The notes beneath the pieces were generated by a model. That model was given only the letters and a program-made list of their open reading frames with translations. It was not told the DNA's origin and did no database searches. 64,000 nt of DNA from NCBI GenBank assembly GCA_910578245.1, contig CAJTPC010000001.1, positions 27,603 to 91,602 on the forward strand, in the 5' to 3' direction. This DNA is from an uncultured Christensenella sp. (GTDB lineage: Bacteria > Bacillota > Clostridia > Christensenellales > UBA3700). This document shows, piece by piece, positions 55,389-62,961 of this stretch (position 1 is the stretch's first letter; the number at the start of each line of letters is the position of its first letter). The translations under genes were made by a program, and so were the position numbers.

Positions 55389-55681
55389 TGGTATTTTGAA
55401 AGGTCAACGACAAAATTTTCGTCGCACTCCACGCCTTCTTTAGCCAGCAATTCCGCTTGAACTTCTCTACCGCCAAATGCAAACGCAGGCGCAAGTTCTC
55501 CAAACCTGTTGACAACTCTGTGGCAGGGAATTACCACGGGCGTAGGATTTACGTGCAACGCGTACCCAACGGCTCTTGACGAGCGCGGAGCGTTGAGCAA
55601 TCTGGCAATCTGCCCGTACGTCGCAACTTTGCCCTCGGGTATCGCCTTGACGACTTCGTATACTTCTTCAAAAAATTTCAT
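55373..55681 (-). CDS. MGMT-family DNA-binding/alkyltransferase domain protein (single domain)
   Basis: IPCHRVV active-site motif with the cysteine retained. 102 aa, lacking the N-terminal Ada/Ogt domain. Confidence 0.8.
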   Translation of the reverse strand: MKFFEEVYEVVKAIPEGKVATYGQIARLLNAPRSSRAVGYALHVNPTPVVIPCHRVVNRFGELAPAFAFGGREVQAELLAKEGVECDENFVVDLSKYQWDGE

Positions 55682-55787
55682 ACTTACCTCGCCTTTATTA
55701 TACAGTAAGCATAATTATAAGTAAAGCAGATATAAATTGACAGGCGCAAGATTATTTTGATATTATAATATAGCAAGGAGAAAAGCG

Positions 55788-56582
55788 GTGATTGCCTTAT
55801 TGTATTTTTTTATAGCCTTGATATGCACTTTTGCGGGCGCTATTACGGGAATGGGCGGCGGTGTCGTAATTAAACCCGTATTAGACTTACTCGGCGACTT
55901 TGATACCGCTTCAATCGGCGCATTGTCTTCTATTACGGTACTTGCTATGTCCTTGACGACTTTCGCCAGACAAGTGGGCAAAAAAAGACAGACGTCAATT
56001 GCAAAACTAATAGTCTTGGGAATATCTTCGGCGGGAGGCGGAGTTCTTGGACAGTATATCTTTGATCTAATGACCAAAGGCGCAACCAACGGACACACTA
56101 TAAAGATAATTCAAAACTCCATACTGCTCTTTTTAATCGTATGCATATTCTTCTATATGCTTTTCAGAGAAAAAATCAAACCTCTACATTTGCAAAATTA
56201 CGTATTTTATATATTGGTAGGTCTATTGCTCGGAGTACTCTCGTCATTCTTGGGAATAGGTGGCGGACCTCTCAACGTAGCGATACTTATGCTACTCTTT
56301 GCAATGGAAATTAAGGAAGCGACCTTTGCGTCCATAGTTACGATAATGTTTGCGCAGATTGCAAAAGTCGTGACGATACTCGTAAGCGGAGGCTTTGGCG
56401 GATACGACTTGTCAATGCTCCCCTATATGGTCATCGCAGGTGTTTTGGGCGGACTTATCGGTAGTTTCGTCGGCAAAAAAATATCCGGAAAATTTACCGC
56501 CGTAGCTTTTAATATTATGCAAATCGCCGTAATGATAATATGCGTAATAAATATAATTACAAATTCAATTGCCTTAGATTAA
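55788..56582 (+). CDS. TauE/SafE-family anion exporter
   Basis: 264 aa, about 8 TM segments, repeated GxGGG motifs (ITGMGGGVV, LGIGGGPLNV). GTG start with an AAGGAG RBS. Confidence 0.75.
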   Translation: MIALLYFFIALICTFAGAITGMGGGVVIKPVLDLLGDFDTASIGALSSITVLAMSLTTFARQVGKKRQTSIAKLIVLGISSAGGGVLGQYIFDLMTKGATNGHTIKIIQNSILLFLIVCIFFYMLFREKIKPLHLQNYVFYILVGLLLGVLSSFLGIGGGPLNVAILMLLFAMEIKEATFASIVTIMFAQIAKVVTILVSGGFGGYDLSMLPYMVIAGVLGGLIGSFVGKKISGKFTAVAFNIMQIAVMIICVINIITNSIALD

Positions 56583-56590
56583 TTTATGTA

Positions 56591-56619
56591 TTGAAATGTA
56601 GTTCAACTTATGATATAAT
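56591..56619 (+). promoter_or_regulatory. sigma-A-type promoter of the sulfatase gene
   Basis: TTGAAA-17 nt-TATAAT. Confidence 0.55.
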
Positions 56620-56649
56620 ACGAATATAGCATTTTGCTCGGGGGATATT

Positions 56650-57972
56650 ATGAATATTATTTTGTATTTCAGCGATCAACAACGATATGACACTATCAAC
56701 GAAGACGTGACGCCAAACATAGAGTCAATGGCGGACGATAGCATTTTCTTCGACAACGCTTTTACTTGCCAACCTGTATGCGGACCTGCGAGAGCTTGCA
56801 TACAAACGGGCGTATACGCCACGCAAAACGGGTGCTATATCAACGGCATATCAATGGACAAAGACAATGATAATACCCTAGCCAAAACGTTAAACCGCAA
56901 CGGCTACAACACGTCGTATATAGGAAAATGGCACTTAGCATCGGATACAATGGGTTTTAAGAAAAAACTCAACGTGCAAATATCGGCAATTCCCGAAGAA
57001 CTGCGCGGAGGATATAACGATTATTGGCTCTCTGCCGACTGCTTGGAATTTACCTCTGATATTCACGGCGGATATATGTACGATAAGGATAACAACAAAG
57101 TCACCTTTGAGGGCGTAAGAAGCGATTGTATAAACGATTTCGCTATAGACTATATCAACAAATACGACGATAGCAAGCCTTTCTTTTTGATGATTTCTCA
57201 ATTAGAACCGCATCACCAAAACACCGCCAACACCTTCCAATGCGTAGAAGGAGAAGATAAACAATTCAAAGATTGTCCATACCCTGCCGACCTTGTGGGT
57301 CTAAAGGGCAATTACGAAGCGGAATACGCGCATTACCTTGCGTGTTGCAAACGACTTGACAAGAACTTTGCCGACCTTGTCCAAAAAGTAAAAGACAAGG
57401 GGATATGGGACGATACTATTATCATTTATACATCAGACCACGGCTGTCACTTCAAGACGAGAAACTTCGAGTATAAGCGAAGCGCGCACGACTCCAGCGC
57501 TCACCTACCTTTCGTAATGACGGGCGGCGGACTTAACAAGTTGCAAGCTACGCAAAAATACGTAGGCAAACGCTTCAACGGCTTCATAAGCCTTTTGGAT
57601 CTTACCGCAACGATTTTGGACATAGCGGGCGCAGATATTCCCAAAGAATATCAAAGTCAAAGCATATTGCCGATGCTTGAAAACAACAAAGGTCGCGACC
57701 ATATATTTATGCAGATAAGCGAATCGCAACTCGGTCGAGCTATCATTACGGATAAATACACCTATAGCGTAAAGAAGCCATTCTCCTTTGGCATAGAAAA
57801 AGCTACGAGCAAACTCTATAGAGAAGAACTTCTCTACGACAATACCCTCGACCCCGCTCAGCACAAGAATTTGATAAAAAATAAAGACTACAAAGAGATA
57901 AAGAAAGAACTTAAAAATATTTTGCTAGAAGACATAGAGCAAGTTGAAAACGTAAAAGCCAAAATATTCTAA
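56650..57972 (+). CDS. Cys-type sulfatase (formylglycine-dependent), cytoplasmic
   Basis: NIILYFSDQQR and the CxPxR signature in PVCGPARACIQTG, plus downstream GKWH. No signal peptide. 440 aa. Confidence 0.85.
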   Translation: MNIILYFSDQQRYDTINEDVTPNIESMADDSIFFDNAFTCQPVCGPARACIQTGVYATQNGCYINGISMDKDNDNTLAKTLNRNGYNTSYIGKWHLASDTMGFKKKLNVQISAIPEELRGGYNDYWLSADCLEFTSDIHGGYMYDKDNNKVTFEGVRSDCINDFAIDYINKYDDSKPFFLMISQLEPHHQNTANTFQCVEGEDKQFKDCPYPADLVGLKGNYEAEYAHYLACCKRLDKNFADLVQKVKDKGIWDDTIIIYTSDHGCHFKTRNFEYKRSAHDSSAHLPFVMTGGGLNKLQATQKYVGKRFNGFISLLDLTATILDIAGADIPKEYQSQSILPMLENNKGRDHIFMQISESQLGRAIITDKYTYSVKKPFSFGIEKATSKLYREELLYDNTLDPAQHKNLIKNKDYKEIKKELKNILLEDIEQVENVKAKIF

Positions 57973-57980
57973 TACGAAAT

Positions 57981-58019
57981 AAAGAGCCTCACGCCCATTA
58001 GACGTGAGGCTCTTATTTT
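57981..58019. terminator. bidirectional intrinsic terminator
   Basis: AAGAGCCTCACG-9 nt-CGTGAGGCTCTT flanked by A/T runs. Confidence 0.8.
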
Positions 58020-58302
58020 ACTCCTCTACTTTTTCAAAACCGCAAATCTCCAGCGCTAGCCTTGCTCCGCACAAAAAGCCCTCCCTATAGTAATAATCAC
58101 ATCTAGCTCCCTCATATAATCCGTCCGCGAGGTCATATTGGAAAAATATCGAATGAAATTTTTTGTCGTCTTTCATATACTTGAACAAAATATCACTCCA
58201 CTTGCACACCTCGTCCCATTCTTTTTTATAGGGTTTACCGTCAATTTTGCAGTCCTCTGACATTAAATCGCAAAGACTTTGTATAATTTTTGACTGTGTC
58301 AT
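58018..58302 (-). CDS. hypothetical 94-aa protein, divergent from the dual-HTH genes
   Basis: ATG at 58302 is preceded by GGAGAAAGGAGA. MTQSKIIQSLCDL...YYYREGFLCGARLALE. The C-terminal YYxxGFxxGxxL pattern recalls small proteins of Firmicute mobile elements. Weak call. Confidence 0.5.
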   Translation of the reverse strand: MTQSKIIQSLCDLMSEDCKIDGKPYKKEWDEVCKWSDILFKYMKDDKKFHSIFFQYDLADGLYEGARCDYYYREGFLCGARLALEICGFEKVEE

Positions 58303-58319
58303 AGTATTTCTCCTTTCTC

Positions 58320-58357
58320 CTACAATTTCTATATATATTATAAAATAGAAATTGTAG
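58320..58357. promoter_or_regulatory. perfect 13-bp inverted repeat in the divergent promoter region (candidate operator)
   Basis: CTACAATTTCTAT-12 nt(ATATATTATAAA)-ATAGAAATTGTAG. Confidence 0.6.
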
Positions 58358-58400
58358 CCAGTCAATTGTTTTTCAATAAATATTGTGGGAAAATTTTGTT

Positions 58401-58850
58401 ATGGAAAAAGATTTCACTTCAAATATTAAAATATTAAGACAAGAATATAACGTGTCACAACCGCAACTTGCTAAAGAAACAGGTTTGAAAAAAAGCGCAA
58501 TTGGGCATTGGGAATTAGGCAACCGCACTCCAAGCGCAACAGCAGTAATTATTTTATCAAGATATTTTCAAGTAACTACAGACTATTTATTAAAAGTTAG
58601 CAACGACAATAACCTAATACATCGCGGAGATGATTTTAACGTTGACTTAACAACGTTTAACAAAAGACTTAAAGCGTTAAGACTTAAATGCAATAAATCT
58701 CAAAAAGACTTAGCAATGGAAACTAATTTATCTCAACCGTCTATCAACTTTTGGGAAAGAGGCAAATGCTTGCCAAACGCTAACGCAATCATAACGCTTG
58801 CCAATTATTTTGGCGTGACCACTGACTATTTATTGGGCGAAAGCGATTAG
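58401..58850 (+). CDS. tandem dual-HTH (2x XRE/HTH_3) DNA-binding protein, copy 1
   Basis: Two HTH_3 units (NIKILRQEYNVSQPQLAKETGLKKSAIGHWELGNRTPS..., LKALRLKCNKSQKDLAMETNLSQPSINFWERGKCLPN...). 149 aa. Confidence 0.8.
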   Translation: MEKDFTSNIKILRQEYNVSQPQLAKETGLKKSAIGHWELGNRTPSATAVIILSRYFQVTTDYLLKVSNDNNLIHRGDDFNVDLTTFNKRLKALRLKCNKSQKDLAMETNLSQPSINFWERGKCLPNANAIITLANYFGVTTDYLLGESD

Positions 58851-58871
58851 TGAATTTAAGAATATTAAATC

Positions 58872-59321
58872 ATGGAACAAAAATTTGTATCAAATATTAA
58901 ACTTTTACGAAAAGAATTTAACGTATCGCAACCGCAACTTGCTAAAGAAACAAGTTTAGCGAATAGCGAAATTAGTTATTGGGAAAACGGAGAACGAACT
59001 CCAAATGCAAGAGTTATAATAATATTATCAAGATATTTTCAAGTAACTACGGATTATTTGTTAAAAGTAAATGAAGATAATACTTCAGTTTATCGTTCAG
59101 ATGATTACTATGCTGACATGACGCTATTAAACAAACGATTGAAAGATTTGAGAATAAAGAACAAGTTATCCCAAAGCGAACTTGCAAAGAACGTCAACAT
59201 TTCTCAACCTGCTATAAACTATTGGGAACTTGGCAAAAGAACTCCTAACGCTAATGCAATCATAACGCTTGCCAATTATTTTGGCGTGACTACTGACTAT
59301 CTTTTGGGCGAAAGTGATTAA
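58872..59321 (+). CDS. tandem dual-HTH (2x XRE/HTH_3) DNA-binding protein, copy 2 (paralog)
   Basis: Same length (149 aa) and architecture as copy 1. The last 24 residues (PNANAIITLANYFGVTTDYLLGESD) are identical to copy 1. Confidence 0.8.
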   Translation: MEQKFVSNIKLLRKEFNVSQPQLAKETSLANSEISYWENGERTPNARVIIILSRYFQVTTDYLLKVNEDNTSVYRSDDYYADMTLLNKRLKDLRIKNKLSQSELAKNVNISQPAINYWELGKRTPNANAIITLANYFGVTTDYLLGESD

Positions 59322-59327
59322 TGCCAA

Positions 59328-59439
59328 CTTGAGCGTAGTTGAAAAGTCTTTAGTTGATTTTCGTACTGTTGAGATTTCTCCACTACGGTCGAAATGACGT
59401 TCTGATTTTGTCACCTTGAGCGTAGTCGAAAGGTCTTTA
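59328..59439. repeat. REP/MITE-like palindromic repeat cluster (direct-inverted-direct units)
   Basis: Unit A 59328-59352 CTTGAGCGTAGTTGAAAAGTCTTTA and unit C 59415-59439 CTTGAGCGTAGTCGAAAGGTCTTTA match at 23/25 positions. Unit B 59371-59390 GAGATTTCTCCACTACGGTC is an inverted, diverged copy able to pair with A. A possible interrupted fourth copy lies at 59635-59675. Confidence 0.6.
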
Positions 59440-59697
59440 TCCGATTAAAACATAAAAGCCAGTTGTAAGGCGTTAAGTGGTGTTTGCAATTTACGTACAT
59501 TTATAGTTTTTGGTTCAACCAACTTGCGTCATTAGATAAAGTATCGCTAAAAAATATACTAGTACTAAATGCAAATTCCACTTATAAGCCTACTCCACCA
59601 ACTCTTGCATTCCATTAACCTCCCCCCTACACTCATTGAGCGTGAGGTAAATGCCCGCAAAGTCGAAATATCTCTACCAAATTAAATATTATTGTAG

Positions 59698-60573
59698 TTA
59701 CTCATACTTTTTTAATATAGCTTTTAATGAACTTTTTGTTGCATCTCTGTTTATTCTTCTGAGAAGATAAAGACTGCGACGTCCGTAGATATGATTAATA
59801 CCCTCATTACAAGTCAAAGTCATTATCACGCCCTTTTGCTTGAGCACGCTTTCGCTAATCTTGGTGTACTTGCCGTAGGGATAAGCATAGATATTCGACG
59901 ATACTCCCAACTCACCTAATTTATCTACAAGTTTTTGCGTATCGTCTGCGAACACTTGCTCGTATAGTTCGTCGCTCTCGCTTTTAAGTTGAGCTACGCC
60001 AAGTCTTGGGCGCGTGTTGTGCATAGAATAAGAATGAAGACCTATTTCTACGTTTTTGTTTTGAGCAACCTCGGCTATATCGTCCCAACCGAAGTACGTG
60101 AAATCGCCGCCGCCCTTTCCGCCTTTTTTATCATACGCAGTGTAATCTCCCACGACGGAAAAAAGTCCGCTATAGCCAAACTCTTCAAGTAGCGGTAGCG
60201 CGTAAGTTATATTATTCAAATATCCGTCGTCAAAAGTCAAAATCACAGCTTTGTCGGGAAGCGATCTGCCGTTGTCAACATACTCGATAAGGCTCTTGCA
60301 ACTTATTACGTTGTAACCCTTTTCTTTGAGATATTGAAAATCACTGCGCAGACTATTTTGATTGATACAATACACGCTTTGTTTTTTGCCTTCTGCCAAA
60401 GTGTTGTGATACATCAAGATAGTCAAATCGCCAAGGCTGGTCTGAGAACTGCCCTGCTCGCTCATATTCGTAACTTGCGAATTATCGCCGTTTACTTGAC
60501 AAAAGCCACAGCTAAAAGCCGTAGCCGTCAACACCAAACATATAATACACAAACTCAAAGAAAGTCTTTTCAT
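59698..60573 (-). CDS. polysaccharide deacetylase (CE4) family protein, secreted/lipoprotein-like
   Basis: LTFDDGY motif, HSYSMH histidine motif, and an N-terminal signal sequence with a cysteine (TATAFSCGFC). Confidence 0.8.
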   Translation of the reverse strand: MKRLSLSLCIICLVLTATAFSCGFCQVNGDNSQVTNMSEQGSSQTSLGDLTILMYHNTLAEGKKQSVYCINQNSLRSDFQYLKEKGYNVISCKSLIEYVDNGRSLPDKAVILTFDDGYLNNITYALPLLEEFGYSGLFSVVGDYTAYDKKGGKGGGDFTYFGWDDIAEVAQNKNVEIGLHSYSMHNTRPRLGVAQLKSESDELYEQVFADDTQKLVDKLGELGVSSNIYAYPYGKYTKISESVLKQKGVIMTLTCNEGINHIYGRRSLYLLRRINRDATKSSLKAILKKYE

Positions 60574-60640
60574 AAGTATCTCCAAACAATTCCTTTAACG
60601 CCGAATCTTTTCTTATTTATATTGTGAGTATGCTGAGAAT

Positions 60641-61333
60641 TTATACGCTCAAGCTCTCGTTCAAGACGTCGGCAATATTCTTGCAAAGGTCTTTGCAGTA
60701 GTCTTGAGATAGCAAGAGTTTTTCGTCTTCCGGATTGGATATAAAACCGCATTCGATAATTATAGACGGAACTTTTACGCACTTGGTAATAAAAAGATCT
60801 CCGGCAATAGCCTCGTAATCGTCGCGTCCGCTGTATTTTGCATTAATTTTTTGATTAATGCGCTCTTGCATGCACATGGCAAAGTCCTTGCCAATGCCCG
60901 TATCGTCGTAAAATACCTGCGCGCCTCTGCGCGACGGATCTGAAAACTTATTGACGTGCAGACTTATTACGGCAATAGGCGAAGCCTTGACTATAATATC
61001 CTTACGCGCCTGCATATCCAATCGCTTTATGTTGTTGAGCGCGTCTTGCGTAGTTCTCGTCATAACGACGCCAAAACCTCTGCTATCGAGTTCTTTTTGA
61101 AGAATACCTGCCATTTTGAGATTTATGTCGCTTTCCTTAACGCCTTGACTGCCGACAACTCCTCCGTCAATACCTCCGTGACCTGCGTCAATTACGACTG
61201 TGTACTCGCTTATTCTTGCTCCCGTATGGGCATTATTAACCGATATACACATCCCTCCCACGCTACACGCAAGAACGATAATAATACAAATTACGACTGC
61301 TACAAACAATTTCTTTTTTAACGTTATGAACAT
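60641..61333 (-). CDS. cwlD: N-acetylmuramoyl-L-alanine amidase (Amidase_3), CwlD-like
   Basis: N-terminal TM segment, VVIDAGHGGIDGG, ISLHVN, ECGFISN. 230 aa, as for germination-specific CwlD. Confidence 0.75.
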   Translation of the reverse strand: MFITLKKKLFVAVVICIIIVLACSVGGMCISVNNAHTGARISEYTVVIDAGHGGIDGGVVGSQGVKESDINLKMAGILQKELDSRGFGVVMTRTTQDALNNIKRLDMQARKDIIVKASPIAVISLHVNKFSDPSRRGAQVFYDDTGIGKDFAMCMQERINQKINAKYSGRDDYEAIAGDLFITKCVKVPSIIIECGFISNPEDEKLLLSQDYCKDLCKNIADVLNESLSV

Positions 61334-61477
61334 ACAATCTCCTTTTAGGATATTTGACTAAACGAGCGCGCAAGAATCGATAATAAGATTGCCTTGCGAA
61401 CTTGCGAAAAGTCTTTCAAATAATAATATTAAAAAATCAAGATTTCTATGCCAAAATAGTAGTTTTTCTATATGTAA

Positions 61478-61770
61478 TTTTGCGGAAAACGATGCTTTGA
61501 TTTTGCACAATTTAGGAAAGAATATGGAAATTTTCAAAAATGCCGTTTTTGCGCCTTAAAATAGGAATTTTCAAAAATTTTTGCCCAAAAACCCCACTTA
61601 TCCACATACTTATCCACAAAAACAAGTGTTCGTGTGGATAACTCACGCAATTTCCCACTCTATTTCAATATTATGTATATGTGTCGAATTTTGGAGATTT
61701 TCGTCATTTTTTGTCTGATAAATACAAGATTTTTTTCCTAACAATTCCTTATATGGACTTTTGCGGAAAA
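61478..61770. repeat. iteron-like short repeats flanking the DnaA boxes
   Basis: The exact 12-mer TTTTGCGGAAAA occurs at 61478-61489 and 61759-61770. TTTTGC(A/G/C) cores occur at 61501, 61547 and 61579. GGAA(A)TTTTCAAAAAT occurs at 61526-61541 and 61564-61578. Confidence 0.55.
61598..61641. promoter_or_regulatory. cluster of three perfect-consensus DnaA boxes
   Basis: TTATCCACA at 61598-61606 and 61610-61618, and the inverted box TGTGGATAA at 61633-61641, inside a 627-bp AT-rich non-coding region. Confidence 0.7.
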
Positions 61771-61906
61771 AACCTATTTTTCGACTGTAGTTTTAAGGAA
61801 AAAGCAAAACGAATTCTTATAAATTTACTTTGATTTTTTATAAAAATTCCTTGGCCATTTTTAATTAAATTTTGACGATTTGTCCAAAAAATTGTACTTC
61901 TTTATC

Positions 61907-61935
61907 TTGAAAATCAATGAGCATCTTGATATAAT
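61907..61935 (+). promoter_or_regulatory. sigma-A-type promoter of the second WYL regulator
   Basis: TTGAAA-17 nt-TATAAT, 25 nt upstream of the ATG at 61961. Confidence 0.6.
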
Positions 61936-61960
61936 ATAGAAAACACTTTGGAAGGTCAAT

Positions 61961-62941
61961 ATGGCAGGAGCAAAGCAGAAGATTAAAATATTAAAATTAT
62001 ATGAAATTCTCTCAAGCGAGAGCGATGAAAATAATCCCCTATCCACCCAATATCTAATCGAAAGACTAAAAGCCGAGGGTATAAGCGTAGAGCGCAAGAC
62101 GCTATATGACGATATAGCCTTGCTCAACGAATGCGGTTATGAAATTATGCAGGTACGCAAAAAACAAAATATGTATTACGTAAGCGACAGAAGTTTTGAC
62201 GTTGCTGAAATACGTATACTCATTGACGCAGTTGAAGCATCGAGTTTTATCACGCCGGAAAAGACAAACAGGCTTGTAAACAAAATCGCGTCCCTTGCCG
62301 GCTCGCATAAAGGCAAAGTCATAAAAAACAACATCGTAGTTTTCGACACTACCAAGCGCGACAACGAGCAAATATATTACAACGTCTTCAACATCAACGA
62401 AGCAATTATAGCTAAGAAAAAGATAAGTTTCAAATACTTCAAGTATAACGCTAAGGGCGAAAAGACGGTAATGCGCAATGACAAGCCCTATACCGTCAAT
62501 CCAATCGCTACTATGGTAAGCAACGACAATTATTATCTCATTTGTTCAAGCGACAAATACAAAGACGTCGCGCACTATCGCATAGACAGAATGGAGAACG
62601 TCAAAATTATGAGGGAGGATTTCACTCTGCCAGACGAGCTGAAGAACTTTGACCCCAGACGCAATAAAAAACAGCTTTTTTCAATGTATCTCGGTCAGAT
62701 GCAAAACGTCACCTTTGAAATTACTCCCGATATAGTCGAAGTTATTTTTGATAAATTCGGCAAGAATACCAAGCTCTACCCTTACGGCGAAAAATACCGC
62801 TTTACGGCGGAAATACAGATAAGCGATTCCTTTTTCGGTTGGTGTATGGGACTTGGCGCGAATATAGAAATATTATCTCCGAGAGAAGTCAAAGCGCAGT
62901 ATCTGCAAAAACTTCACGCCGTGATATGCGCGTATAAATAA
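61961..62941 (+). CDS. WYL-domain transcriptional regulator (paralog of 47883-48863)
   Basis: Same length (326 aa) and layout: wHTH (KILKLYEILSSESDENNPLSTQYLIERL), WYL segment (KISFKYFKYN...VNPIATMVSNDNYYLICS...VAHYRIDRMENVKIM), C-terminal extension. Confidence 0.8.
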   Translation: MAGAKQKIKILKLYEILSSESDENNPLSTQYLIERLKAEGISVERKTLYDDIALLNECGYEIMQVRKKQNMYYVSDRSFDVAEIRILIDAVEASSFITPEKTNRLVNKIASLAGSHKGKVIKNNIVVFDTTKRDNEQIYYNVFNINEAIIAKKKISFKYFKYNAKGEKTVMRNDKPYTVNPIATMVSNDNYYLICSSDKYKDVAHYRIDRMENVKIMREDFTLPDELKNFDPRRNKKQLFSMYLGQMQNVTFEITPDIVEVIFDKFGKNTKLYPYGEKYRFTAEIQISDSFFGWCMGLGANIEILSPREVKAQYLQKLHAVICAYK

Positions 62942-62961
62942 ATTTTGTATTCAAATATTAC

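Noticed and set aside
59328-59439. Possible mini-CRISPR array, suggested by ~25-bp repeats about 87 bp apart
   Set aside because: There are only two direct copies, and they are imperfect (23/25). An inverted copy lies between them. The spacing does not fit a regular repeat-spacer pattern, and no cas genes are in the window. A REP/MITE-like element explains it better.
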